Source of the DNA: Spirochaetia bacterium
Lineage (GTDB): Bacteria; Spirochaetota; Spirochaetia; SZUA-6; Bin103
Length of the DNA: 64,000 nucleotides
Assembly: GCA_965198005.1 (NCBI GenBank)
Contig: CBDAOI010000004.1
Span: 64,001 to 128,000, forward strand
Direction of reading: 5' to 3'
Shown piece by piece: positions 28,419-37,720 of the stretch. The translations under genes and the position numbers were made by a program. Numbering within the stretch: position 1 is the first letter of the stretch; each line of letters begins with the position of its first letter. The notes under the pieces were generated by a model, which made no database searches, was not told the DNA's origin, and saw only the letters and a list, made by a program, of their open reading frames with translations.

Positions 28419-29017
28419 ACTACAGCCTCTCCGAATCCTTCCTTAACGATACCCATAAGTGCCTCCGATGAGACGCTCCGAGCAGTCCTGAGATTGGCGC
28501 CCCCAACGCAGTCCATTTGCTTGAGCTTCTTGAAGTCGATGCTCACAGGAAACTCCAATACATTATCGAATGTGAATATCGTAATCTCGTTACGATCGTT
28601 TGCGCGTTGACCTATTTCGTCCTCCGTCAACACTCCTTGTCTGTTCAGGTTCGTCACTGCCTGAGTTTTCGTAATGGTGTCCGAGAATGTCACCCTGGCT
28701 AGTGCAACTGCTTGCCCGCGCTTTCCACTCGCATAGAACACGACTATCGTTCCTCGCGGAAACAGTCTATGCACTCCAGCTCTGAGGTAGTAGACTCTCT
28801 CGATCCGCAAGGCGGACTCGCTCTGCCAAAACACTCCTTCGGACCGTGTTTGGGGAAGGAGTTCGTCCGAATACCGTTCCTTGATCGGGACAACCACCGC
28901 GGATCGTCCCGGCCCAATCAAGTACCCCGGAGAAATGAACGTCTCAAAATCGAAGAGTGTCATCGTGAAGGATGGCTGACCACTATCGCGCCCGAGGACG
29001 ACACCGGTGTTGCTCAT
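28415..29017 (-). CDS. EVE/ASCH-like domain protein, probably the C-terminal remnant of a larger GNAT/PIN-associated protein
   Basis: VVPIKERYSDELLP, ERVYY, GTIVVFYASG pattern; coupled to the ASCH gene. Confidence 0.55.
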   Translation of the reverse strand: MSNTGVVLGRDSGQPSFTMTLFDFETFISPGYLIGPGRSAVVVPIKERYSDELLPQTRSEGVFWQSESALRIERVYYLRAGVHRLFPRGTIVVFYASGKRGQAVALARVTFSDTITKTQAVTNLNRQGVLTEDEIGQRANDRNEITIFTFDNVLEFPVSIDFKKLKQMDCVGGANLRTARSVSSEALMGIVKEGFGEAVV

Positions 29018-31347
29018 CTCGACAGGATTTCCGGTACGACCTTGGCGAGTAGAATGCCAAGGTTTTGGTCCCAGAAATGAGTTCCCGCTTGTATGTCAGC
29101 GAGAGCGAGGTCCAGAGCTCTGAGGTAACGGTCGACCATGCCGTCAACCGACGCGGTATCCATGCGGGCCACGGACGCGCGATCGAAGAGACATTCGACC
29201 GCTTTCGCATCGTTAAGGCGAATCAGCGTCGCCATCGCCCAGTACGGAGAGTGAGGAGCGACGCGAGACAAGGCTCCCGCCGCGGTCCTCGTGGCGATCG
29301 TACATCCGGGCATTCGAAAAGGTACGCCGGCTTCCTCACAAAATCGCAAGAATCGGTACGCGGTCAACGTCTCCGTGTCCTCGCGTTGGAAACTGCGACC
29401 CTGGGTGACCCTGCCGATGTCGAACGTGAACTTGCGCGTCGTGTTCTGTTTGTGCTCTGGCGGTCGATCTAGAGCGAGTTCAAATACTTCGAACTCCCCC
29501 CACGGGTCGCAACCGAATTGCCGAAGCGTATGCCAGCGGTCTGTGAAATCCTTGGCGGACTCCTCATACTTGGAGAGCTCTCCTGCCGGGAAGACCAACG
29601 CCAGTTGCACAGAGCGAAGCAGGAGCATGACGATCGACTCCTGCGAAGCAAGAGAATAGTCCGTTGTAACGGGCTTGAGGTTCGACCTGGTACGGATCGC
29701 TGCAAGGGAATTCTCAAGAATCCTCGCGGCATCTCGCAGTTGACCGATTTCTGCGAGCAGACCGGCGCGTTTCGCTTCCCAGAACGGTAGCGAGTCGTCT
29801 ACCGGCCACTCCTCGATCTTCTTCTTGACATCCTGCGGGTCAGGAGCGAACAGCGCGGCGAGCGCTCGTTCGTAGTGGAACCGGGCTCTATAGTCGGGGG
29901 ACATCGTTGTCACTAGGCCCTCGATCCTTTCGCAAGTGCCGTTCCACTTCTCCTGCAGGCCCTCTTCGCGGAAGTACCGCAACACCGCAAGTAACAGGTG
30001 ATGACACATGTCGCGAACCCCGCTTTGAGGGAGGCTTCGCCCATTCGTGTCCTTCGAGCTCGACGGCGATGAGTCGGTCGGAGCGTCAGCACCGGTCAGA
30101 GGTAAGTACCGATTCAGAGTGAGCTCAAGAAACTCGATCTGATTGTCGAAGATGGGGCACTGGCACTTCTCCATTCGCCAGATCAGCTCGAACGCAAACT
30201 CTAGATCGAGACTATCTGAAAAGCTGTCCGGGACTGGCAGTTTTCGAACCCACTCGCGAGTGGACCGCCAGAGAGCGACACGACGGTCGTCGGGAACGAT
30301 AACCCAACCCGGATACGAGCGCCGCTGGTCTCTCCACGTTGGCACGAGGCTGGAGATCTGGGAAGCTATTGCCTTATCCTTTCCACTGGTGTGAGCGTGA
30401 TCATCGTGTGGCCATCGAAGCCGACTGTAGTCTCTCTGTCTGGAATCGAAATAATCGGAGAGTCTCCGACTATGGTCTCTCCTTCTGGAGTCGAAAAAAT
30501 CGAAGAGTCGATGGAGCGCCTTGTTGTGGTCATCGGCGCCAATGTCCGGATACTGGGACAGGTCCACGCATACGATGTTTCGTTCGTCGAGTAGTTTCTT
30601 CTGGGAGTCGGACAGCCGGTATACGCCGACGAGATACATCTTGGGAGCGTCTCGGCGGCCGAGGTTGTCTGCGATCCATCCAATCCAATCCAGGAAATTG
30701 CGATCGTCGCCGGAGAAACCGATCAAGCATAGCGTGTTTTCCAGAAGTGCCTGACGAATCGTATTAACGAACGGTGCATGATCTTCCCGATAGCGGCGGT
30801 AGTCTTCGTCGGTGACGATCAGCCGAGAGGCGGGTGACAAACTGCCATGGAGTTTGACGATTCGTGGCCGGTCCGAGTTGATGAGATCCTGTTGATCGAC
30901 TACGATGCCGTATTTCTGCGAAGCGACCGATCTGCACGCTCTCTCAAGGAGAGTATCGTAATTGGTTGTGAAGACGTCCGACCACGGAAGACTGAGCAAC
31001 GCTATGTGTAATTCTGCTGGCTCGTGGTCCTCATCCGGAATGGCAGAGTTCAGGATCCGATCCAGAGCTGGCCGACCGAGGGTGGCTTCAACCTCTTTGG
31101 CCAAGGTTGGGACGCTGAGATACTTGGCTCCAGCGTCAGGCTGTTTGTGGTGAAGTTTCTCGTAGAACAGGTCTCCCAGCCCGGACCAGTCCGGAAACTG
31201 GGGAGATGAACCACCCCGCGGTTGCGCGTTCCGGCTAAAGCCGGATCCGATCATGACGGCCGCATGACCGGAGAACAGACGCTCGGCAATTTCGTTCAGA
31301 TACGGATAGAGATCGGAAGGAACTGGAGGGGATTCCGGTTCACTCAT
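29014..31347 (-). CDS. SIR2-family anti-phage NADase, Dsr1-like, apparently C-terminally truncated
   Basis: AVMIGSGFSRNA, FTTNYDTLLE, KLHGS, LIGFSGDD, then a long helical region that stops at VVPEILSR. Confidence 0.8.
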   Translation of the reverse strand: MSEPESPPVPSDLYPYLNEIAERLFSGHAAVMIGSGFSRNAQPRGGSSPQFPDWSGLGDLFYEKLHHKQPDAGAKYLSVPTLAKEVEATLGRPALDRILNSAIPDEDHEPAELHIALLSLPWSDVFTTNYDTLLERACRSVASQKYGIVVDQQDLINSDRPRIVKLHGSLSPASRLIVTDEDYRRYREDHAPFVNTIRQALLENTLCLIGFSGDDRNFLDWIGWIADNLGRRDAPKMYLVGVYRLSDSQKKLLDERNIVCVDLSQYPDIGADDHNKALHRLFDFFDSRRRDHSRRLSDYFDSRQRDYSRLRWPHDDHAHTSGKDKAIASQISSLVPTWRDQRRSYPGWVIVPDDRRVALWRSTREWVRKLPVPDSFSDSLDLEFAFELIWRMEKCQCPIFDNQIEFLELTLNRYLPLTGADAPTDSSPSSSKDTNGRSLPQSGVRDMCHHLLLAVLRYFREEGLQEKWNGTCERIEGLVTTMSPDYRARFHYERALAALFAPDPQDVKKKIEEWPVDDSLPFWEAKRAGLLAEIGQLRDAARILENSLAAIRTRSNLKPVTTDYSLASQESIVMLLLRSVQLALVFPAGELSKYEESAKDFTDRWHTLRQFGCDPWGEFEVFELALDRPPEHKQNTTRKFTFDIGRVTQGRSFQREDTETLTAYRFLRFCEEAGVPFRMPGCTIATRTAAGALSRVAPHSPYWAMATLIRLNDAKAVECLFDRASVARMDTASVDGMVDRYLRALDLALADIQAGTHFWDQNLGILLAKVVPEILSR

Positions 31348-31431
31348 GCAGTTTCCATGATAGCATCCAGTCACGACTTCCAGAAGCGTCGCTATTCATT
31401 GAAATCGGCGTCAGAGCGCGGTCGAACTGAG

Positions 31432-34400
31432 TCAGGTGCCGGCGTCACGCAGCGACGTCTGGCCTGCCGCTGGCGTCTCTCCTCGTCTTGGGCGCACGTC
31501 AGGCGCGCCGCGGACGACCTCGTCCGCAGCGCGTTCAGCGTTGAGGGCGAGGAGGCGGGCGAGCACCTCGTCGCGGACGGGGTCTGGCCAGCGGTAACGG
31601 TATGGCTTCCTTTTTTGGCCCCAGGTTGCCTCGTCGATTTGGTAGTCGAGGAGGAATTCGCAGTCGGTGCGAATGTCGTCCCAGCCGTAGGCATCGAGCA
31701 AAGCGCGGTCCATGGCCGTGTGCAACTCGCGGAGCTGGACGATCCGCGGATCGGTCTCATAGATGTCGTGAAAGCGGTTGTACGTACGCGTCATGCCTTC
31801 GGTGTTCGCCACCATGATCGCGGCGCGGTACTCGTAGTAGGAACGTCCAGCGGCTTCGAGCGAGCGATCGGCTTCCCAACCTCCCGGGAATGGAAAGGTT
31901 TCGAAACAATCGGATGGAGAGTAGTTCATATCGTCTTTCATCGTGGAGCTAAAGAACCTTGCCCAGACTTCGTGCGCGTTCGATTGCAGCGCACAGAAGG
32001 CTGAAAGACTCTGAAACGGAAAGACAGCCAGTTTGTGCGAGAATACCACCCTCAGAGGGAGGAACGTAAAGACAACCCTGTTGCTGACGATTGAACACAC
32101 GATTACCTGATCCAGTCCCTCGATCGTGGAATATAGCGCGGGCTGTCTGTCACCAAACTGCCACCATCGGACTCGCCGGACTTGCCTGTTTACCTTCATT
32201 CGCCCGGGCTTCACGCGACGTGCCACAATCGCCATGAGATCGGGCCAGCGTCGCCGGCACTCCTCCTCGCTTCGCCCGCCGAAGTTGATCACGTAGCGGT
32301 GGTGGGTATGGGTGGGGCTGGTGTTGACCTCCTCGCCGCCGATGTAGGGGAAGATGACCTCGCAGTTGCGCGGGTCGGATTCGATGAGCCGCTGCATTTC
32401 GGCGAGTGAGGACGCAACGCCTTTCCGGTCGGTGTCGTCGAAGGTGAAGCCCATGCCGAGGACGATGCTGCCCTGGAAGCTCTTGCCGGCGTTGGCCGCC
32501 AGCCGTACCGGGTCCGCGTGGCCGCCCCGGTGGAACAGGAACGCGGTGATATTGTCGACGCTCGCGCCGTCGAGCGCCTTGTGGCCGCGAAACGGACCCT
32601 TGGCGACGTGGAGAACACTTACGATGACGGCCGCTTCGCCGGGCCACTGGACCCGCTTGGTAGCGCGGTAGATCTCGCCACCGTGCTCGCAGATCCAGCG
32701 TAAACCGCTGGAGCGGGTATCGCCCTGGGCGATGGTGTTGGTGGCGATCAGGCCGAATGTGCCACCATCGCGAACCAAGTTGAACGCACGCCGGTAGAAG
32801 TGCGCCACGAGGTCGGCATTGCCGTGGCTCTCCTCATGCATCTCCTTGAGCCAACTCGGGTAGGCGACAATGTTGCCGGCCGCGACGTTGTTCTTGCCCG
32901 CGAACGGCGGGTTGCCGACGAAGCCGTCGAAGCCGGGGTTGTCGCGCTCGAATGCCTCGGGGAACTCGATTTCCCAGTGGAACGGAGCGAACGGCAGCTC
33001 CGCGTTGCGGCGCCCGTCCATCTCCACCGCGTGACGCCACGCCTCTCCGGTGAGGATCGCCTCCTGGTAGGCGGAGCGCCGTGACTCCCGCTCCTTTGGC
33101 TTGGCGCCCTCGAAGAATGCGGCGAGCACGAGATCGCCGAACAGGCGCACTTCGCCGACTGCGTCCTGAGCTTCGCGCCAGAGGTTCTGCAAGCGGCGTT
33201 CATCGACGGTGTCGTCGGCTTCACGGATCTGCCGCCGCAACTCCGATGCCGCTTCCACGGCTTCGCGCACGCCGAAGCCAGTGAGGATCGGCTGCCCAGC
33301 CTTCCAGTTCAGCGATTCGATCTGCTGACGGGTCAGCCCGACGAGCGAGTCGCCGTGACGGAACGCATGGTCGACGAAGGTGAGCGGATGGTCGCGCGCG
33401 AGCGTGCTGAGCCAGAGCGAGACCTTGGCGAGGTCAACGGCCATGGGGTTGCGGTCGATGCCGTAGAGGCACTTCTGAGCGACGAGCCGACGGGCGAAGA
33501 TCACCTCGTCTTCATCGGGTGGAATGTCCGGCATGGAGCCGTGAGCGCCCCACGCGTCGATCAGAGCGTCGGCGAGCTGGCGACAGGTCTCGACCAGGAA
33601 TGCGCCGGAGCCCATTGCCGGATCGCAGATCTTGAGGTCCAGGATTTGCTCCGGGGTCGGCGCCCGGCCGTCCTCGCCTTTCAGCCGATCGAGCAGGGGT
33701 GCGAGGGTGTGACGAACAATCGGCTCGGTCAGTTCGCGCGGCGTGTAATGGGAGCCGGAGCGCCGTCGTTCCTCGTTGGGTTGCAGTACCAGAGCGCCAG
33801 GCGGGGCGATGTCGGGCGTCGCGTCCTTGTCCAGAACGCGGTCCAGCGCCACGTGCAGATCGACCACCGTCTCCGCTTCCCGGAGCCCCTTCGCAACCCT
33901 GTCCGTGATGGTGCGGCCCGCGCGCTCCTGAAACCACCGCCTGCGGCTGGCGCTCGGCTGAGCCAGCAGCGTGTCAAGATCGATTGTGTTCGGTGCTCCG
34001 AGCTTCTTTGCCGGCTTGATGGCAACCGAGCGGCCGGTGGCGGTCTCCAGGCGAAAGCCCATGATGGTCTCGTACACGGAGCCGATCTGCTCCACGTCGA
34101 GCGTGCGGTACGAGATGCGCTCGCCGTCGAGCACAAGCAGCTTCTCCAGCACCCGGTAGATGACGCCGTCGGAGATGCGCGGCGGCACAACGCGCTCAAT
34201 CGTCTGCCGGGCACCGCCGCCGCTACGGCCTTCAAGGAATCGGAAGCGATCGGGGTCGAACAGAGCGCCGCGGCGCTCCGGAAGGCTTACGGCGCCGCCG
34301 GTGCGATGGGCGCGTGACCCATCGTGGATGAGGCGAAACAGCACGAGAAGCTGCGCCCAGGCACCGAAGCGCTGGTCCATGGTGTCCGGGTTGAGCGCCG

Positions 34401-35400
34401 CATCCTCGCGCAAGCGCTGGTAGAGGCCGGTGAGCGAGTAGTAGCGCGCGAAGTTCTCATCGTCCGGCAGCATGCCACGTTCCTCGGCGTAGAGCAAAAA
34501 GACCAGGCGCAGGATGACGGAGAGCAGGCCGCGGTAGATGTCGTTGCGGTCGCCGTCCTCGGACAGCGGCTCGCCCAGGAGCTCGCCCCCGGAGGAGTCG
34601 TGAGCGGTTTGGAAGCCGCGGAGGAGTTCGTACAGGGCATGGAGCACTTGCTCCGAGAGGCGCTCGGAGACCTCGTTCTGGTACTTGCGGCTGCTTTCGA
34701 GCAGCGCGGCGAGCCGCTGATCGCGGGGCAGTGCCAGCAGCCGCTGTTCGGATAGCAGCAGGCGCAGCGCCGAGCAGAGCGGGCGCCCGGCGGTGTTGAT
34801 CAGGTCCGCGAAGCGGAAGTCCATCCAGCCGGAGCTCTCGCCTCGGGGGGCAGAGATCAAGCGTAGCGCGACGCCGTTGAACAGCACACCGGCGGGGACC
34901 CCGGTGCCGCGCAGAAGGCGCTCCACTCGGCCCTGGGGAGATGCCTCCAGTCCGCCGGCGCCGGACGTCGCCTTGTCGAAGTCTTGTCCGACGGCGAGCA
35001 CCTGCACGAGCAGTTGCCACGGCGATGTGCCATTCCGAGGGTCACGTTCACGAATTGCGAAGTCCGGGTGCAGCGTCTCGTCGTAGTCCGGGAGAACGAC
35101 CGCCAGATCGGCCGGGACGGGAGACTCTGCCGTGCCCGCGTAGCCCCTGGACGAGAAGCCCCAGCCGAGGACCGCGCTCGCGAACTCTTGGAAGTCTCCC
35201 ACGCACGGCCCGGGATCGCGTCCTGGGAAGACCGTCGGTTGGTGGACGCACCCGGCGAGCAGCGCCTGCCCCTCCGCATCCTGACGGTTCAGGATCGCAC
35301 CCGCCTTGACCAGCGCCGGAGCCGAGACCACCAATCCGTTCGGTTGGATGAAACCCAGCCACTCGAGGTGGGCGCGTGTGTTCGGGTCTTGCGCGGGCAT
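31432..35400 (-). CDS. drmMI: DISARM class I N6-adenine DNA methyltransferase DrmMI
   Basis: GSHYTP, DPAMGSGAFL (motif I), GNPPF (motif IV), C-terminal target-recognition region. Confidence 0.9.
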   Translation of the reverse strand: MPAQDPNTRAHLEWLGFIQPNGLVVSAPALVKAGAILNRQDAEGQALLAGCVHQPTVFPGRDPGPCVGDFQEFASAVLGWGFSSRGYAGTAESPVPADLAVVLPDYDETLHPDFAIRERDPRNGTSPWQLLVQVLAVGQDFDKATSGAGGLEASPQGRVERLLRGTGVPAGVLFNGVALRLISAPRGESSGWMDFRFADLINTAGRPLCSALRLLLSEQRLLALPRDQRLAALLESSRKYQNEVSERLSEQVLHALYELLRGFQTAHDSSGGELLGEPLSEDGDRNDIYRGLLSVILRLVFLLYAEERGMLPDDENFARYYSLTGLYQRLREDAALNPDTMDQRFGAWAQLLVLFRLIHDGSRAHRTGGAVSLPERRGALFDPDRFRFLEGRSGGGARQTIERVVPPRISDGVIYRVLEKLLVLDGERISYRTLDVEQIGSVYETIMGFRLETATGRSVAIKPAKKLGAPNTIDLDTLLAQPSASRRRWFQERAGRTITDRVAKGLREAETVVDLHVALDRVLDKDATPDIAPPGALVLQPNEERRRSGSHYTPRELTEPIVRHTLAPLLDRLKGEDGRAPTPEQILDLKICDPAMGSGAFLVETCRQLADALIDAWGAHGSMPDIPPDEDEVIFARRLVAQKCLYGIDRNPMAVDLAKVSLWLSTLARDHPLTFVDHAFRHGDSLVGLTRQQIESLNWKAGQPILTGFGVREAVEAASELRRQIREADDTVDERRLQNLWREAQDAVGEVRLFGDLVLAAFFEGAKPKERESRRSAYQEAILTGEAWRHAVEMDGRRNAELPFAPFHWEIEFPEAFERDNPGFDGFVGNPPFAGKNNVAAGNIVAYPSWLKEMHEESHGNADLVAHFYRRAFNLVRDGGTFGLIATNTIAQGDTRSSGLRWICEHGGEIYRATKRVQWPGEAAVIVSVLHVAKGPFRGHKALDGASVDNITAFLFHRGGHADPVRLAANAGKSFQGSIVLGMGFTFDDTDRKGVASSLAEMQRLIESDPRNCEVIFPYIGGEEVNTSPTHTHHRYVINFGGRSEEECRRRWPDLMAIVARRVKPGRMKVNRQVRRVRWWQFGDRQPALYSTIEGLDQVIVCSIVSNRVVFTFLPLRVVFSHKLAVFPFQSLSAFCALQSNAHEVWARFFSSTMKDDMNYSPSDCFETFPFPGGWEADRSLEAAGRSYYEYRAAIMVANTEGMTRTYNRFHDIYETDPRIVQLRELHTAMDRALLDAYGWDDIRTDCEFLLDYQIDEATWGQKRKPYRYRWPDPVRDEVLARLLALNAERAADEVVRGAPDVRPRRGETPAAGQTSLRDAGT

Positions 35401-35402
35401 CG

Positions 35403-35876
35403 TCAGCCTTGTGGCACCCGACAGAGATCGCGAGCCGCAAGGAGACCCCGATGCGCATCCGTGACGTTGGCGTTCCTGGCCGTCGTGTAGATCTTGCCGC
35501 GCGGTCTCGCGACGATCTCCGGATTCCCGAAGTCATCGATCAGTGCCGCGTCGTTGGTGTAGAGCAGACGCGCCCCACTCACCAGCGCGAGCGCAAGCAC
35601 ATGCAGGTCGTCGGACTTGCACACCCCCTTCCCGAGGAGGCCTGCGGCATGATCGTCCACTACTTCGTCAGTCACTGAGCGAGCGCGTCCATTTCTGAGG
35701 GCGCTCCTGAGCCACTGGAAGAATCGCCGGTCCCGGGCCAGCTCCTCTCGAAGTTGACCGCCGACCACCAACTGTCCGCGTGGGCTCGACAGCCAATCAA
35801 AGAATCGTCTGCCAGCCGGAGGGCGGTCGCTTCCAAATACTTCGTATGCCACGTTGGCATCGACGATGGCGCACAT
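35403..35876 (-). CDS. PIN-domain protein, copy 2
   Basis: IVDANV...EEL...SDDLHVLALA...LLYTND supplies the four PIN acidic positions. Confidence 0.72.
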   Translation of the reverse strand: MCAIVDANVAYEVFGSDRPPAGRRFFDWLSSPRGQLVVGGQLREELARDRRFFQWLRSALRNGRARSVTDEVVDDHAAGLLGKGVCKSDDLHVLALALVSGARLLYTNDAALIDDFGNPEIVARPRGKIYTTARNANVTDAHRGLLAARDLCRVPQG

Positions 35877-37229
35877 TTACAGTCCGATCGACCGCCTCGT
35901 TTCTTCCATGAAGAACTGACCATAGCCGTCCGGTGCATCCCACAGGTTGCCTTGTTCATCGAATCTCAAGGAATGGATATGAACGTCAAGATCGGCCCTT
36001 TCGAAGAACAAGATGGAAACATCCTCCGGCTTCAGACCCGTCTCACGGTCGCGGATGTCCATGCGAACACGATCGACGATGTAGTCGCTGTGTGTTTCGA
36101 CAATAAGCTGGCGACCTGACGCGGCGCTCGTGCAGAACAGGCTTCCAAGAGCCGCCTGGGCGCTGGGATGGAGGTGCACTTCAGGCTGCTGCAGAAGGAA
36201 TCGCGGGTATCCGTCCTCAATGAGTAGCTCCAGCAACAGGGGCAGCACTTGGCTAACGCCATATCCCACGTCGATCAGGTTGTGCTTTGCACCCTTGCGT
36301 TTGCCGTGCTTGCCCCACTTTCGCATCTCCAATTGAAACGGTTCATATTCATGCTTGCCAAGCCGTTTGACAAATATCTCGTTAAACAGACCTGACTTGT
36401 GCCCGAATTGTTCGATCCGCTGCTTCAACTCGTGCCACTGCTCCGAGTCTCGAGCGTGAGCATCCGCGAGGAATGCCGGCACCGAGCTTCCCTCCGGATC
36501 GCGCACGATCCTCACCGGATCGTACGTGCGGAGCGGGCTGGATCGGGTGGGTCCTCCCGCAAACGCACTTGCACTGAACAAAGCACCCTCTTCATAGAGT
36601 TTGGCGAAGTCGTGATAATCGCTCTCGGTGAGGATCGCGTCAGTATCTCCCGTCAGCGGCTGCAGCTCACCCGCCGTGCCGCTCTCCGCAGCGACGCGTA
36701 GGAACTGCGCCATCGTAGACGCTCCTCCGCCGTAGATGTAGTTGTCGTTGGGTCCGCGCCCCAAAGCGGGCAGCCGCCAAGAACCGCTCGCGCAACCCAG
36801 TTCGGTGCGAGGGTTCGAATCGCGGCGTTGGTCTCTGATCCACACACCTGCGGCGCTCCACACTACGGTGGCAAGGGCGGGGGAAGCGCCCTTGCCGAGG
36901 GTAAACGTCGCGTCAAATTCGACGGACTCAACCGAGTTTCCCGAACACTCGAAGCCAATGCTGAACGATTCGGCGCCTGCACGGCGGCTATCTTGTGCGT
37001 GATGGGCGATCTCATGGAACGATCCGAGATCGTACGGCGCACTGCGAAAGTCGGGGTCCTTGTGGTAACTTGCGACTTCGAGAATCGCCTTTACCGCGGC
37101 GAGAAAAGAGGTCTTACCGGTGCTGTTGTCGCCGAGCAGCAACGTCAGCGGCGCCAAGCGAGCCGCCTGCTGCTCGCGAAAGCAACGAAAGTCACGGAGT
37201 CTGAGTTCCTGTAGCGGTTGGTGGTCCAT
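35877..37229 (-). CDS. ABC-type ATPase (AAA_21 with DUF3696-like C-terminus), copy 2
   Basis: DFRCF, GDNSTGKTS, VGYGVSQ, LLQQPEVHLHP, VETHS. Alternative GTG start at 37247. Confidence 0.88.
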   Translation of the reverse strand: MDHQPLQELRLRDFRCFREQQAARLAPLTLLLGDNSTGKTSFLAAVKAILEVASYHKDPDFRSAPYDLGSFHEIAHHAQDSRRAGAESFSIGFECSGNSVESVEFDATFTLGKGASPALATVVWSAAGVWIRDQRRDSNPRTELGCASGSWRLPALGRGPNDNYIYGGGASTMAQFLRVAAESGTAGELQPLTGDTDAILTESDYHDFAKLYEEGALFSASAFAGGPTRSSPLRTYDPVRIVRDPEGSSVPAFLADAHARDSEQWHELKQRIEQFGHKSGLFNEIFVKRLGKHEYEPFQLEMRKWGKHGKRKGAKHNLIDVGYGVSQVLPLLLELLIEDGYPRFLLQQPEVHLHPSAQAALGSLFCTSAASGRQLIVETHSDYIVDRVRMDIRDRETGLKPEDVSILFFERADLDVHIHSLRFDEQGNLWDAPDGYGQFFMEETRRSIGL

Positions 37230-37243
37230 CGGTGCTCCCGTGG

Positions 37244-37720
37244 TCACCCCGCCCTGGGTCCGATACAGAGGTCCGCGTCAAGCAGCTTCCGGTGTTCAGC
37301 CGTGAAGTGGCCATCGGGTCGCGACGTGTAGATCCGGCCCGCTACACCTGGAATGACTGCGGGGTCCGCAAAGTCACGCTGCAAACGGCCGTCATCCGTA
37401 TAGAGAAGGCGAGCACCGCTCGCCAAGGCAAGCGCTATGATGTGCACATCGTTGGACTGAAGATTGCGGGATTGGCCGAGTTCGTCCTCGTATCGACGGA
37501 TTCGGGCACCACCAATCTGTCGCACGCGGCCGCTCACACGCCGTGCTTCCAGCAGCCAGCGTCCGAAATTGCGATTGTGTGTGAGTTCCTCCGAGACTCT
37601 CCCACCGACAACAAGCTGTCCACGCCCATCATCCAACCAGTTCCGAAAACGAATACCCGCCGCGGTTCGCTTTCGGCCGAATACTTCGAACGCGACGCTC
37701 GCATCGACGATGGCGCACAT
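37244..37720 (-). CDS. PIN-domain protein, copy 1
   Basis: IVDASV...EEL...SNDVHIIALA...LLYTDD; paralog of 35403-35876. Confidence 0.72.
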   Translation of the reverse strand: MCAIVDASVAFEVFGRKRTAAGIRFRNWLDDGRGQLVVGGRVSEELTHNRNFGRWLLEARRVSGRVRQIGGARIRRYEDELGQSRNLQSNDVHIIALALASGARLLYTDDGRLQRDFADPAVIPGVAGRIYTSRPDGHFTAEHRKLLDADLCIGPRAG

